This document shows positions 1-11,302 of a DNA stretch of 64,000 bases, in pieces. The notes beneath the pieces were generated by a model. It saw nothing but the letters and a program-made list of their open reading frames with translations, ran no database searches and was not told where the DNA came from. Both the position numbers and the translations under genes were made by a program. The stretch is taken from assembly GCA_964035545.1 (NCBI GenBank), contig OZ037766.1, positions 8,112,722 to 8,176,721 on the forward strand, in the 5' to 3' direction. Each line of letters begins with the position of its first letter. Position 1 is the stretch's first letter. This DNA is from Bugula neritina. Its lineage: Eukaryota > Animalia > Bryozoa.

Positions 1-209
1 AGAGATTTATTTGTTTATAGGGTAATGGATTTTTTGAGAAAATATATTGATTTATTTTGTGTAAGTTTTATGTTCTTCAGCCGTTACTTGTTCATATCTG
101 GGGGCAAATACCAGTAACAGTTAGCTAAACTATAACGTATCAAAATTTGCCATTAGATGGTTAAATTATGTATTTTTGGTGAATAGACAAGAAACGAGTT
201 TTGTTGCAG

Positions 210-2005
210 ATTTGATGAATCTGGACACTGTGCCATCCTATGAAAAAGTTGTAGAAGATATAGTTGGATGTAATTGGGATTTCGAAACTAAATATTATAC
301 GTGCTCAGTTAAGCTTTGCAAAACAAATAAACCAACTTTAGGAAGTCAGGAATTCGCAGAAGCTTTAGAAGCTGTTGTACTCTGTTTTCATCCAGATCAG
401 GTAGTTATGAGTCTTGTGCATTGCTAGTATTTAAATACTTTGCATTTTTTTAATGTCTGCTATAATTTTGATTAATTTTTACAGGGTGAGTGAATGTTTA
501 AAATATAATCTTGTTTCTGTGTCTTTTGCCTCTCTTCCTCTTGATTTGGTTTCGTATTTCAGCATACTTTACCCGTGCAGAAAACAGCCTGGTCTGAAAA
601 TGCCTCTAAGTTAAAACCGATTGTTTTAGATTGAAAGCTGGAATCGAGTGGTATCCTGGTTATCATATTTGGAACATTTGGACCCTTCAGTTAAGCTACT
701 AGTTTGTAACTCGTGTACAGAGCAAAGCCGTAAGTTAGAGAACCAATGTAACACAAAAGCATGAATCAAACATGATTTTCTCTTATCTTTTATTGAATTT
801 TGAGTTTTTTACAAGAATATAATTGTTTAATATTTTATATACTATTTTAATGAATAGAGGTGCCAAGACTAGAGATACAGCAATGGTGCATAAAACATGA
901 ATTTGAGTTGATAGAGCTCCATCCCCTTGTAAATGATGAGGATGAAGGTATGTTAGTAAGTTTTCATCATTGGTGCTATTTAGAAGTTAGATCCCCTAGA
1001 CATTACTTTTCTTTTACTGTATGCTTCTTTCACTCACAGATGATCAGTTTGAAGTTGATGGTATTACTCGGATCAGACAAGTGCTGTTTGCTCATACCTG
1101 GTCAAATCTAGTTATGAAAGGTGAGTAAAATACGTAGCTTTCCCCGACTAATGTAATTGAACTCTGAATTACTTTATTTATTAATTGCTTCAGCCCAACT
1201 TATGTTCTACAAGTGGGATAAAATACAACTATTGATTGTATCTGCTGGCTGTAATTTAGTCATAAAAAGTTGATGTCAGGTAAATCTTGGTAAGCCATTT
1301 TCCTGCAGGTTTAATAAATATTTAGTACGCATTAATGTTGAAATAAGAGTTTGGTTTCTTCTCTCTACCGAAATGTTTTAGAAATAAAAAAAGTTATTAC
1401 TTTATTAAAAGTTGCCGGATTCTTTTCTAGACAAACCTGACACCATTAGTCCATATATGAAGCAACTGATGGATGAAACAAAACAAGAGCAGCTGGAAGC
1501 CTCATCCCAGGGTAGCGGAAGTTTAGACATTCATACTGAGCTAGGTGGGCCTTTTACTTGCTATCAACACAAACTAATATATTTTGTTCATACATCGCTC
1601 AATGGTTTACCGTTTGGTAAAAACAGTTTCATCATTAAATTACTTCTGGCTAATGGTTTTACAATGTGGTTTATTATGCACTATACAACAGGTATGCATG
1701 CTGAAGAGTTGAATAAAGCAATGAATGCAGAAAGTGAAGATGGACTGGAGTCATTCGAAAAGCTATTTTCTAAGTTTCAGCTAATGAAAGGTGAAGCATT
1801 TAGCAACTTACTCCCTTGCCTTAATAAGTAGTTTCATGTTACCATTTATTGGTAAAGTACATTAATAGTCTTTTCTACTGCAGCTAAAGCAGAAAGTTTG
1901 CCTGCAGATGAAAGGAAGAACTATGCTGAAAAAATAGCAATGTCATTCTATGCAGCAATTGGTGGCTCAGATGATGAAATTGATAGTTTAGGTGATAGTG
2001 ACTAG
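210..2005 (+). CDS. AAGAB: Alpha- and gamma-adaptin-binding protein p34, 5'-partial. Exons about 210-400, 630-729, 858-947, 1040-1120, 1431-1544, 1692-1790, 1884-2005
   Basis: GT-AG junctions join in frame. Motifs resemble AAGAB/p34: WDFETKYYTCSVKLC, QQWCIKHEFELIEL, GITRIRQVLFAHTWSNLVMK, ESFEKLFSKFQLMK and C-terminal LPADERKNYAEKIAMSFYAAIGGSDDE. The acceptor of the first exon could be 187 instead of 210. Confidence 0.92.
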
Positions 2006-2448
2006 AATTACTGCAACATCAGTAATTATTCCAAGATAATATTTGCATGTATATATGCAAACTAGCTATGTTTAAATATCATTTCTCTATTTTTGTTACA
2101 TGTAAATTTCTTTGTAAACGATTGTTATTATTTACATGTTTTTACTATAAATTTTAAATTTAATCAACAAAAAAGTGCATAATCAAATAGGCTTTATAGC
2201 ACAATATTGTAATGTTATGATATATATAATATATTTTATTTTGAACATCACTGTTAATTTATTGTAAAAAATATTTAGTAGTTTGAATGTAAAATATAGT
2301 CAATCATTCTGTTTTATACAATGATCTTTCATGTGAAAAACATTAAGCTATTAAAGTTTCACAAGATTACACTCATGCATGGGTTTTAGAAAAAAGTGTT
2401 CAGCCTGCAACAATTGATAAGGCAGTTCACAAGTTCGGCTAAGTGGAA

Positions 2449-5365
2449 TTAGCCAATACCTTCTCCATTACTCTCAACACTGTGTAAATAGCCCTTTGTG
2501 TCAGTACTATTAGATAACTCTGCATCAATATTTGTGAACTGTTCTGAGACATCCATAGTTTCTGGTGTTTGGGCACTCGTGTCTATAGCGGACACCACTT
2601 GCTCAGTTGTATCAGAATTGACTGTTTGGTCTAAAATTAAAATACAAATTTTGCAATCTAATAAACTTATTAATTAATCTCAGTATTACTGATGGTCACT
2701 ATAGCAAATTGTCAAAAGCTACTGATATACATTAGAATGCATTCTCAACAATATTACTGATAGACATTGGAACGTATTCTCAACATGCACTCGGGTATTG
2801 ACTAAAACTACTTTTTTGATGAGATTACCATTAATTCTCACTGGGAAGAGAAATATATTGCTAAGAAAAAAATATTACACTGACAACCATAAAATAATTG
2901 CTGCATGCCCCTTACAGACTTTCAACATTAATTTTATAATAAAATCATGTGGGAGTGGGGAGCTGTCTAAAATACATACACTTGAAATATTAATCGTACA
3001 GGGTAGATCTCTACACATGAACCAGCTATGCTGCTGTGCACTGGAACTCCCACCAGAATGCAAGTACATTGTAGCAAATGTTAGATTTAGCCTTTAGTTG
3101 GTATGTATATAGTTTTGAGCAAAATAGAATTCACCTAAAGCAGATTTGCCTAATCTTCGCTGCCGAGCTTTTTCTTGATTCTGTCTAATTCGTTCCTTCT
3201 GCTCATCAGTCAAACTCTAGAAAAAGTTATTAAAAATCACATCTTTTCTAGATATCAAAGTCTTTAGGTTATAAGCTTGAAGCCCCTGCCATACCTATAA
3301 TTGACTATATTTTATATATAGAGAAATTATAAATGTTTAGAAATGCAGGCTTTTACATAAGCTATAACCATGAAGCTCTCACCTCCCTATCTGGTGCACT
3401 AAATCTACTCTTTGGGTAAGGCGTGCTGGCAGTGAGCACGTGCTGTGACACTTCACGTCTCTCTTGCTCTATGATGTCATTCAAAGCTTCTTCATCTTCT
3501 TCCAATATATTCCTTTCATACTAGAAGTGATAAGTGCTATAAGATCACGTGGCTTTTTCACATGCAGGATACAAAACACAATTAACTTCACTGCATTCAA
3601 TATAGATATCAATGCTAAATGTTTCAACAGTCAACAGCCCACTGCCTTACATTAAATACCCAAATTAAACAAATTCAAGATTTGTTTTCTCTCATTTACA
3701 TTAAAAATTTGAATACTGGCAATTACTGCTACTAACATAAAATAGATTTTGTAATGAAGGAAAACCAAAGATAAAAAAAGCATTTAATCAAGCCCATAAT
3801 GCATTCATATGATATTCCTTATTACTCCATTATACCTCATTTTCTATATTAAAATCTGTTACATCTTCAGAATTGTGAGCTGTGTCATCACCATTAGCTT
3901 TGTCTTCACCATCGCTCACTTGAGTCACAAAGTCCTCATCTAATATTGGCATATCGAGTCGTATTTTATTGACGCACGACTGTGATGGGATAGAAAGAAC
4001 CCATTAGCTTACACAGAACAGTATAAAATTTAAGAGGTTTAATTACAAAATGTTAAAATTAATAAAGAAATCAGAGAGCTAAAGCTAATGAACTATGACT
4101 AGACTGAGCTTCACAACTGAGCTGCAGTGGTTAGTCATACAAACATTTCTTTACAGTCTAGTACTGAAAATACTTTATACTCTGTACCTAAAAGAATGAT
4201 CAGTTATTGGTATGGCTAAAAAATAGATCAACAAAACTCCGAACCAGCTAACAGTTGAAATAAAATGTTTAAAAAACCGAGGTTTGAAAGCTCCCTAAAA
4301 ATTAAAACACTGAAACTCAATATTTCATTTACGTAATGATGATCTGCTCACTCTGTTTTGGTGAACACTTTAAATATGTATGTACTTTAGCTTAACTTAA
4401 TGAAAGAAAATTTAGTATGTATATACAGTTCTTACGAATGCCTAGCCCACACGCACTCCTCCCGGCGCACATAATTAATTAAAATTTTTTTTTTATTACA
4501 TAAACATGCATAGTTTCTTCAATATTAGTTGTCGATTTAATACTTATATAAAACTAACAGTATATATTAGAAATACTACAAAACACAAGTCCAGAATCCT
4601 GAACTACCAGAAGGCTAAATTGGAGAAGTAAAATTGATAAGTATTCAAAATCATAGCACAAAAAACTATAATATGACAAAATAGTTTACTTGTACTGGCT
4701 TTTTCTGTCCAAGTCTTTCAACTCTTTCAATTAATTGATCGAAGGGCAATTTAGGAAACAGTCTGTGCGCCCAATGCTCCATCTTTGCCATCATTTTGTT
4801 CAAGTCTTCAACCTCATGACCTTTGCCTTTATATTTTACATTTTCAAACAGTTTTGGTAGAATAGGAATACCTCTTTCACCTGTTAGCCTAATTGATACA
4901 GCAAATAATTAAATTTAAAATACTTTTTTCACTTTTAGCTTGGTAATAAAATGATAATGTTCAGAAAACATGTATAAAAACACTTCATAACTCTTATATA
5001 AATTTTACACCACTATAAAATGGTTATTAACCTAGTAGGATCAAGCTTAGGCTGGGGTTTAAGAACCCGCTTTTTCGCTGCTCCTTTTCCCAACTGCTTC
5101 AATCTTTCTGCCACTTGTTGACTAATATCTCCTTCTACAATAGAAAAATTCATTATGCAGAAAATCTATAAAAGATATCTTCCTTACAGTAATACTGTGA
5201 ACCAACAAATTTACCATTCTCGTCCTGATTATTGCCATCAATATCAGCCGATTCTTGATTGAGGTTGTCATCTGCACCCTCCTCAACTGCCTCAAAATTT
5301 TCTAGCTCTCGTTCCACATCTCTATCATCAAATAAATCATCCATTCCCAGACCATACGACTCCAT
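2449..5365 (-). CDS. TIPIN: TIMELESS-interacting protein (Swi3/Csm3 family). Exons 5365-5215, 5134-5032, 4888-4690, 3979-3836, 3520-3383, 3216-3135, 2630-2449
   Basis: The spliced frame gives the Swi3 domain ([38 protein letters not shown]...[39 protein letters not shown]) and the RPA-binding-type helix [21 protein letters not shown]. All junctions are GT-AG. Confidence 0.93.
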
Positions 5366-5959
5366 GTTTGAGTTTAGAATCCTCTTTAACTGCAACATTA
5401 CCTCTCTTGATAATAATATAGAGGAAACAATCCTCGGGACAATCAGCTAAACCTAGTAGTTTTAACTAGATTTGGTGTGAAAAAACACAAAAATAAAAGT
5501 AGTCAAATTAATCTAAAAAATAAACTTTTATTGATTAATGCTTACATAGTATGAATGGTGAAATCAAAATGTCAATTAATTAAAAAAGACATTGAACAGT
5601 AAGTTAATTGAATCTTCTTACTCAATTCGCTTGATTTGAAGACTTCGTATGACTTGCTAAATAACATCAAAACTGAGAAATACTGATTCACTTTATTCAA
5701 ACTGCTGAATGCATGTTACTGCTTACTATTTTGAATGTAATTATGTATATATGTAAATATTTAAATGGGCATCATTAATATATTATACATCTGACTTGTT
5801 TTAAGAATCTGAGAATTAAATCAAATAGACTGAGCGAATCCAAGTCAATGCTTCTCTCAAGATTAATATTCTGTCTAAAACATAGATGATTTGCTTAGAG
5901 TTAGTTATTAACTTGTCTTAACCAATAACTGTCAATCTTTCAACCAGCAAATCAATTTA

Positions 5960-6063
5960 ATAACAATAATAGTAATAATAATATACTAATACCAATAGTA
6001 ATAGACTAATACTATTACTAATAGTAATACTAGTAGTAATACAGTAATAGTTACAGTAATACT
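5960..6063. repeat. Degenerate (TAATAC/TAGTAA)n tract, continuing at 10565-10710 after the LTR insertion
   Basis: Visible AAT/AGT/ACT periodicity on both sides of the element. Confidence 0.85.
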
Positions 6064-6295
6064 TGTTCGGTGTTCATGTAAACATTTATTTCTAATTTGT
6101 TATTTTATTATTTTACTATTTTTTGTCATAATCTTAATAATTAATTGTATCACTTATTGTAATAGTTTTAGTATTTTCGTGTATATATATTGTGGTAATA
6201 AATCACGGCTTCGGCCTCTTACGTTTATCAACTAACTCGAGCACGTTCTGTCTTTTCACGATAGCTGAAATAATATCACAAATCAACATAAAACA
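6064..6295 (+). repeat. 5' LTR (232 bp)
   Basis: Starts TGTT and ends AACA. TATATATA at about 6182 and AATAAA at about 6197. Identical by eye to 10333-10564. Confidence 0.97.
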
Positions 6296-6308
6296 TGGTG
6301 CCCCGAGT
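6296..6308 (+). other. Primer-binding site TGGTGCCCCGAGT, complementary to an elongator tRNA-Met-type 3' end
   Basis: Directly abuts the 5' LTR and begins TGG. Its reverse complement ACUCGGGGCACCA fits animal elongator tRNA-Met ends as I recall them. Confidence 0.75.
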
Positions 6309-6339
6309 CTAATTATTATTAATATTACACTGAAATAAC

Positions 6340-9300
6340 ATGGAGCAATTACTAGCGCCAAAACCATTAGCAGATGGACCGAATTTACCTGAGGAATGGA
6401 AGATTTTTAAACGTGACTTCGAACTTTTTTTAACTGCCACATCGAAAGATACAGCCGAAGGCAAAGTGAAAACTGCATACCTACTTAGAACTATCGGTCG
6501 CCGAGGCAACCAAATATACGACTCTTTCAACTGGACTGACAACAATGACAAGACTGACTATGACAAAGTTGTGACGCAGTTTGATGACTACTGCAAACCA
6601 AGAATAAACTTAGTGGCTAAGACTCACTCACTACTGACTTGTAAGCAAGGAAATAGAACTATTGACGAATTTTTGACTGAACTACATACCATTGCAGGAC
6701 TATGTGACTTAAAAGACATGTACAACCGACTGATACTACAGGCACTGATACTGGGAATTGAAAGTGACAAGATTAGAAAGAAACTGTTTGACTTGACTGA
6801 CTTTGACAAAGCAATTGAACTCTGCAGACGAGAAGAAGCATCGGCTATTGACTACAAGACTATGACTAAGGATAACACATATGGACTCGAACAAGTGAAC
6901 TTGGTAAAACATAGACCTCCGACTCATCAATATCACTCTAATGACACTCGTAACACTGATAAACACAGAGGACAACTTTCACACACTCACTCTCAGCCCA
7001 ACGTCAGAAAATCAGTTGGTGCTTCTAGGTGTGGAAACTGTGGAGGCAATCACCCACCTCGAGCATGCCCAGCATATGGGAAACAGTGCAATCATTGCAA
7101 GAAATTTAACCACTTTGCTACATACTGCAGGTCACGCATGCATCATTATCGCGACTCAACCGAAACAGCCAATCAAGTCACCTGGAATTACTCTTCAGAC
7201 AGTGACTCTCAACATGTAAGTACTATCTCCACTACTGTACGAGATCGTAAATTATTAGCGATGCTCACTGCTAAGCAAGCAGATACTATTTATGACATTG
7301 AATTCCAACTTGACACTGGTGCATCATGCAATACTTTGAATACGATCGACTACGACAAGCTAGGTAGACCGAAACTTACACCGACTGATACTGTACTAAC
7401 TTTATATGACCAGAGCAAGTGTGCACCACTAGGGTGGACACGGATACAGATACTAGACAAGCAAGGATGTTACACTACATTAAAATTCCTAGTTGTGGAA
7501 ACCACCCAACATAGCTTGCTGTCATGGAAATCATGTTTGCACCTGGATTTATTACAAATGCCCAGCACCAAAAGCGAGAATGTAAACTTTGCCACTACTG
7601 ACCCAGACCTTCAGACTTTACTGACTAACTTTGATGACATATTTACCGGACTTGGAAAGTTTGAACAGGAATATAGGATAGAGCTAAGACCTGAAGCTGT
7701 ACCAGTGCAAGTCCGACCGCGGAAGGTGCCCTTGTCGATGAAATCAGATCTCATCAAGACTATTCTTGAACTAGAACAACGTCAAATTATCGCTAAGGTA
7801 GAAGCACCTACAGACTGGATAAGCCATCTACAACCAGTGCGCAAGCCTAATGGAAAGATACGCATCTGCATAGATCCGCAAAATCTCAATCAAGCAATTA
7901 AACGAAACCACGCTGTCATGCCAACATTGGAAGATGTTTTGCCACAACTCAACGGTGCCAAGTTTTTCTCCTTGTGTGACGCCAAAGAAGGTTTCTATCA
8001 AATTCCCCTAGCTGAGGAATCTACAGACTTGACAACTTTCTGGACTCCCATAGGAAAGTACAAGTACCTAAGGCTACCCTTTGGAATTGCATCAGCGCCG
8101 GAGGAGTTTCAGAGAAGGCTCACGGAAAATCTTGCTGGTCTTGATGGCATCACCATAGTTGCAGATGACATCCTAATTTTTTGGAAGCACAAGGAAAGAG
8201 CATGATAGAAACCTTGAAGCGCTCTTCAAACGTGCTCGACAGACAGGACTGAGACTGAACAAGGAAAAATCCCGCTTCCTTCAGGACGAACTACCTTACA
8301 TTGGACACATACTGACAACTAATGGACTTAAACCAGATCCTAACAAAGTAAAAGCCATTCTTAAGATGAAACCTCCCTCATCTCCACAGGGAGTAAAACG
8401 ATTCCTTGGTCACATCACATACATGTCAAAATTTATTAGCAACCTAGCATCGGAATCTGAACCATTACGACGTTTACTGACACAAGACAATGCTCAAGAC
8501 TTTCACTGGACTGACGACCAAATGAACGCTTTTAATAGACTGAAGACCTTACTAACTGACTCAGAAACTCTACAATACTTTGACTGCAACAAGCCAGTAA
8601 CTATACAAACTGACGCTTCAAATGCTGGTGTGGGTGCAACACTCATGCAAGGAGGCAAGCCTGTAGCATATGCATCTCGCAGTTTAACAAAATCGGAACA
8701 GAACTATGTGCCACTAGAGCTTGAGTGCCTTGCCATAGTGTTTGGCACTGAACGCTTTGACCAGTATATCTTTGGTCACCATGCTGTCACTATCCAAACT
8801 GACCACAAACCCCTTGTATCTATTTTCAGGAAATCCATTCATAAGGCATCTCGGAGGTTGCAGGCTATGCTTCTTCACTTACAAAGATACCCCAACATTA
8901 AGGTAACTTGGCAAAAGGGTGCTGAACAGATCACGGCTGACTTACTCTCAAGAGACTCATACTTTGACTCCCCCAACTATCAACAACTACCAGAACACAT
9001 TTTTCACATTGACTCTCAAAATAATGATGCTCCTGTTTGTGACGACTTAATTGACAACATTAGGACTGCTACTGCACAGGACAATGAACTTATGACACTG
9101 ACAAACCTTATTAAACATGACTGGAACATTGCCAACTGCACAACTCACGACAAGTACAAACACTTTCAGGACGAACTATCTATTGACAATGGCATTGTTT
9201 ACAAAGGACTACGAGCCATTATTCCAAAGACACTCCAGAGAAAGTTTCTCCAACTACTTCACACCGGCCATAATGGGATTAACTCCACACTAAGACGTGC

Positions 9301-10291
9301 CCGCCACACAGTGTTTTGGCTTGGCATCACCAATGACATCAAAAACAATATTGCTAACTGTCGACAATGTCAACTGGATGCTCCCCGGCAACAGAAGGAA
9401 ACACTTTTACTCCACACAGTTCCCCAACAACCCTGGACCAAAGTAGGAATTGACTTGTTTGAATACAATCACACTCACTACATTACTATTGTTGACTATA
9501 CGACTGACTACCTTGAATATGACCGACTGGACAACCAAACAGCAGAGGCTGTTATCAACTCCATAAAGCGCTGTTTTGGACGCCTGGGAATACCCAGACA
9601 GGTTCACACTGACAACGGACCACAGTTTACCTCGCACCAGTTTTCCACTTTCAGCCAATCATGGAATTTCACACACACCACCAGCTCTCCATATCATCCT
9701 CAGTCCAATGGGAAGGCAGAGTCTGCTGTGAAGATAGCCAAACGTATACTCCGCAGATGTGAAGAGCCCGAACTTGCGTTACTGGAACATCTCAACACCA
9801 CCAAAGAAGGCCTGACGGCCAGCCCAATTCAGCAACTTATCGGAAGACCCACCAGGTCAGTACTCCCACAAGTTCGGCCAGAAACAGAGAACAACCAAGG
9901 TTGGTGGGAAAAGCAGGGCCGCAATGAAAAACTGCAGCAGAGATGCAATGACGGTGCAAGAGATTTGGCAGTGCTGAAAGAAGGGCAACCAGTTTTGGTT
10001 CGAGACTGGAGTCAGCACCGGAGAAAATGGCAGGAGGCGCAAATTAACAAACAATTGAGTAGCAGAGCCTATGCCATACAACTTAACAACAACCTCTTTC
10101 GGAGAAACCGGCGAGACATCAGACCACTCGTCACGGAGCCAGCGAGTCCTGAGACACCAAAGGATCCTAAACAAAACGCTAGTAGTACCCAGGTTGACAC
10201 CACCGAGAGCGCCAATCATAGCGACAATCTAAGACGTTCAACCAGAGAACGGAAGCCACCTAGTTGGATGGCAGACTATGTGCCCTCTTAA
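6340..10291 (+). pseudogene. Gag-Pol polyprotein, 1316 aa if one extra T in the run at 8177-8182 is removed
   Basis: Two zinc knuckles (CGNCGGNHPPRAC, CNHCKKFNHFATYC), protease LDTGA, RT (RLPFGIASAPEEFQ, VADD), RNase H (TDAS, ELECLA, TDHKPL) and integrase (HHCC, GIDLF, TDNGPQF, NGKAESAV). The shifted frame reads FGSTRKEHDRNLEALFKRARQTGLRLNKEKSRF...YIGHILTTNGLKPDP without a stop into ORF 8366. Confidence 0.93.
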
Positions 10292-10323
10292 AACAATCAT
10301 ATCTAAATAGCTTTTTTCTATTC

Positions 10324-10332
10324 TGTGGGAGA
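10324..10332 (+). other. Short polypurine tract (TGTGGGAGA) before the 3' LTR
   Basis: Purine-rich stretch immediately 5' of the 3' LTR. Confidence 0.6.
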
Positions 10333-10564
10333 TGTTCGGTGTTCATGTAAACATTTATTTCTAATTTGTTATTTTATTATTTTACTATTTTTTGTCATAA
10401 TCTTAATAATTAATTGTATCACTTATTGTAATAGTTTTAGTATTTTCGTGTATATATATTGTGGTAATAAATCACGGCTTCGGCCTCTTACGTTTATCAA
10501 CTAACTCGAGCACGTTCTGTCTTTTCACGATAGCTGAAATAATATCACAAATCAACATAAAACA
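10333..10564 (+). repeat. 3' LTR (232 bp)
   Basis: Copy of 6064-6295, followed by the TSD ATACT. Confidence 0.97.
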
Positions 10565-11020
10565 ATACTAATACTAATAGTAACCACTAAGTAATTGCAA
10601 ATATTAAATCTAAACTTTTACTTCAAGTATCTGTATTACTATTAGTATTACTATTAGTATTACTATTAGTAGGCCTATTACTATAGTATAAGTACAGTTA
10701 GTGTAAGTGTAAGTGCTTCACTTGGACTTACACTGAATCAGACTCAGTTACTCACAGTCACTGTGAGTGAGAAAGTCAGTGTCAGACTCAGTGTGACTGT
10801 GAGTGTCACAGTCACACTGACACTCACCAACTTCAATTTGACCAATTTGAATTTCAACCTGGAGTTGGAGCTCCAGAAAATTTAGAGATCAAACCAATAC
10901 GCCACTATTATAATTATTACTATACAATATACATCATACATATTGCTAAACACAGATTTGCTAGATATAAAGCTAGTTCAATAAAAAGTGAAAGTTAGGT
11001 TGCTAATTTTTAACAATTCC

Positions 11021-11300
11021 ACTTACCTAAAACAGAAGTTTTAACCGTAATTGCGCGCCATTTAGACGTCATGTCCTAATAACCAATTACATTAAACCAT
11101 CATTCATACAAATGATGTCATAAGCATGAAAGGTCACAACCTTTGGGGCATGCCGGGTAAAAAATAACCATTGAGTGTTGATGTTAGCAATAGTAAGCCG
11201 ATTTGCGATTGAGTGTTTTTATTTTGTTGACAACTCAAAATAAAAATCGAAGCATTTTTTCAACTTTGCTTCTTGTGATAATCCTTAGCATTTTAATGGT
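11021..11300. promoter_or_regulatory. Putative bidirectional promoter and first exons for TIPIN (-) and PHF13/23-like (+)
   Basis: Minus-strand AG|GTAAGT donor at 11021-11028 and plus-strand donor at 11370. Between them lie TTGCGCGCCATTT (E2F/YY1-like, 11051-11063), GACGTCAT (CRE-like, 11065-11072) and CCAAT (11083). Confidence 0.6.
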
Positions 11301-11302
11301 AT

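Larger units (their letters stand above)
6064..10564 (+). mobile_element. Full-length Ty3/Gypsy LTR retrotransposon, Mag-like, 4501 bp
   Basis: Direct repeats 6064-6295 and 10333-10564 with TG...CA ends. 5-bp TSD ATACT at 6059-6063 and 10565-10569. PBS and purine tract present. Domain order gag-PR-RT-RNaseH-IN. Confidence 0.97.

Noticed and set aside
9407-10219. Antisense ORFs within the integrase region (also 6309-6975)
   Set aside because: These are shadows of the pol frame with no motifs. No env-like gene is present.
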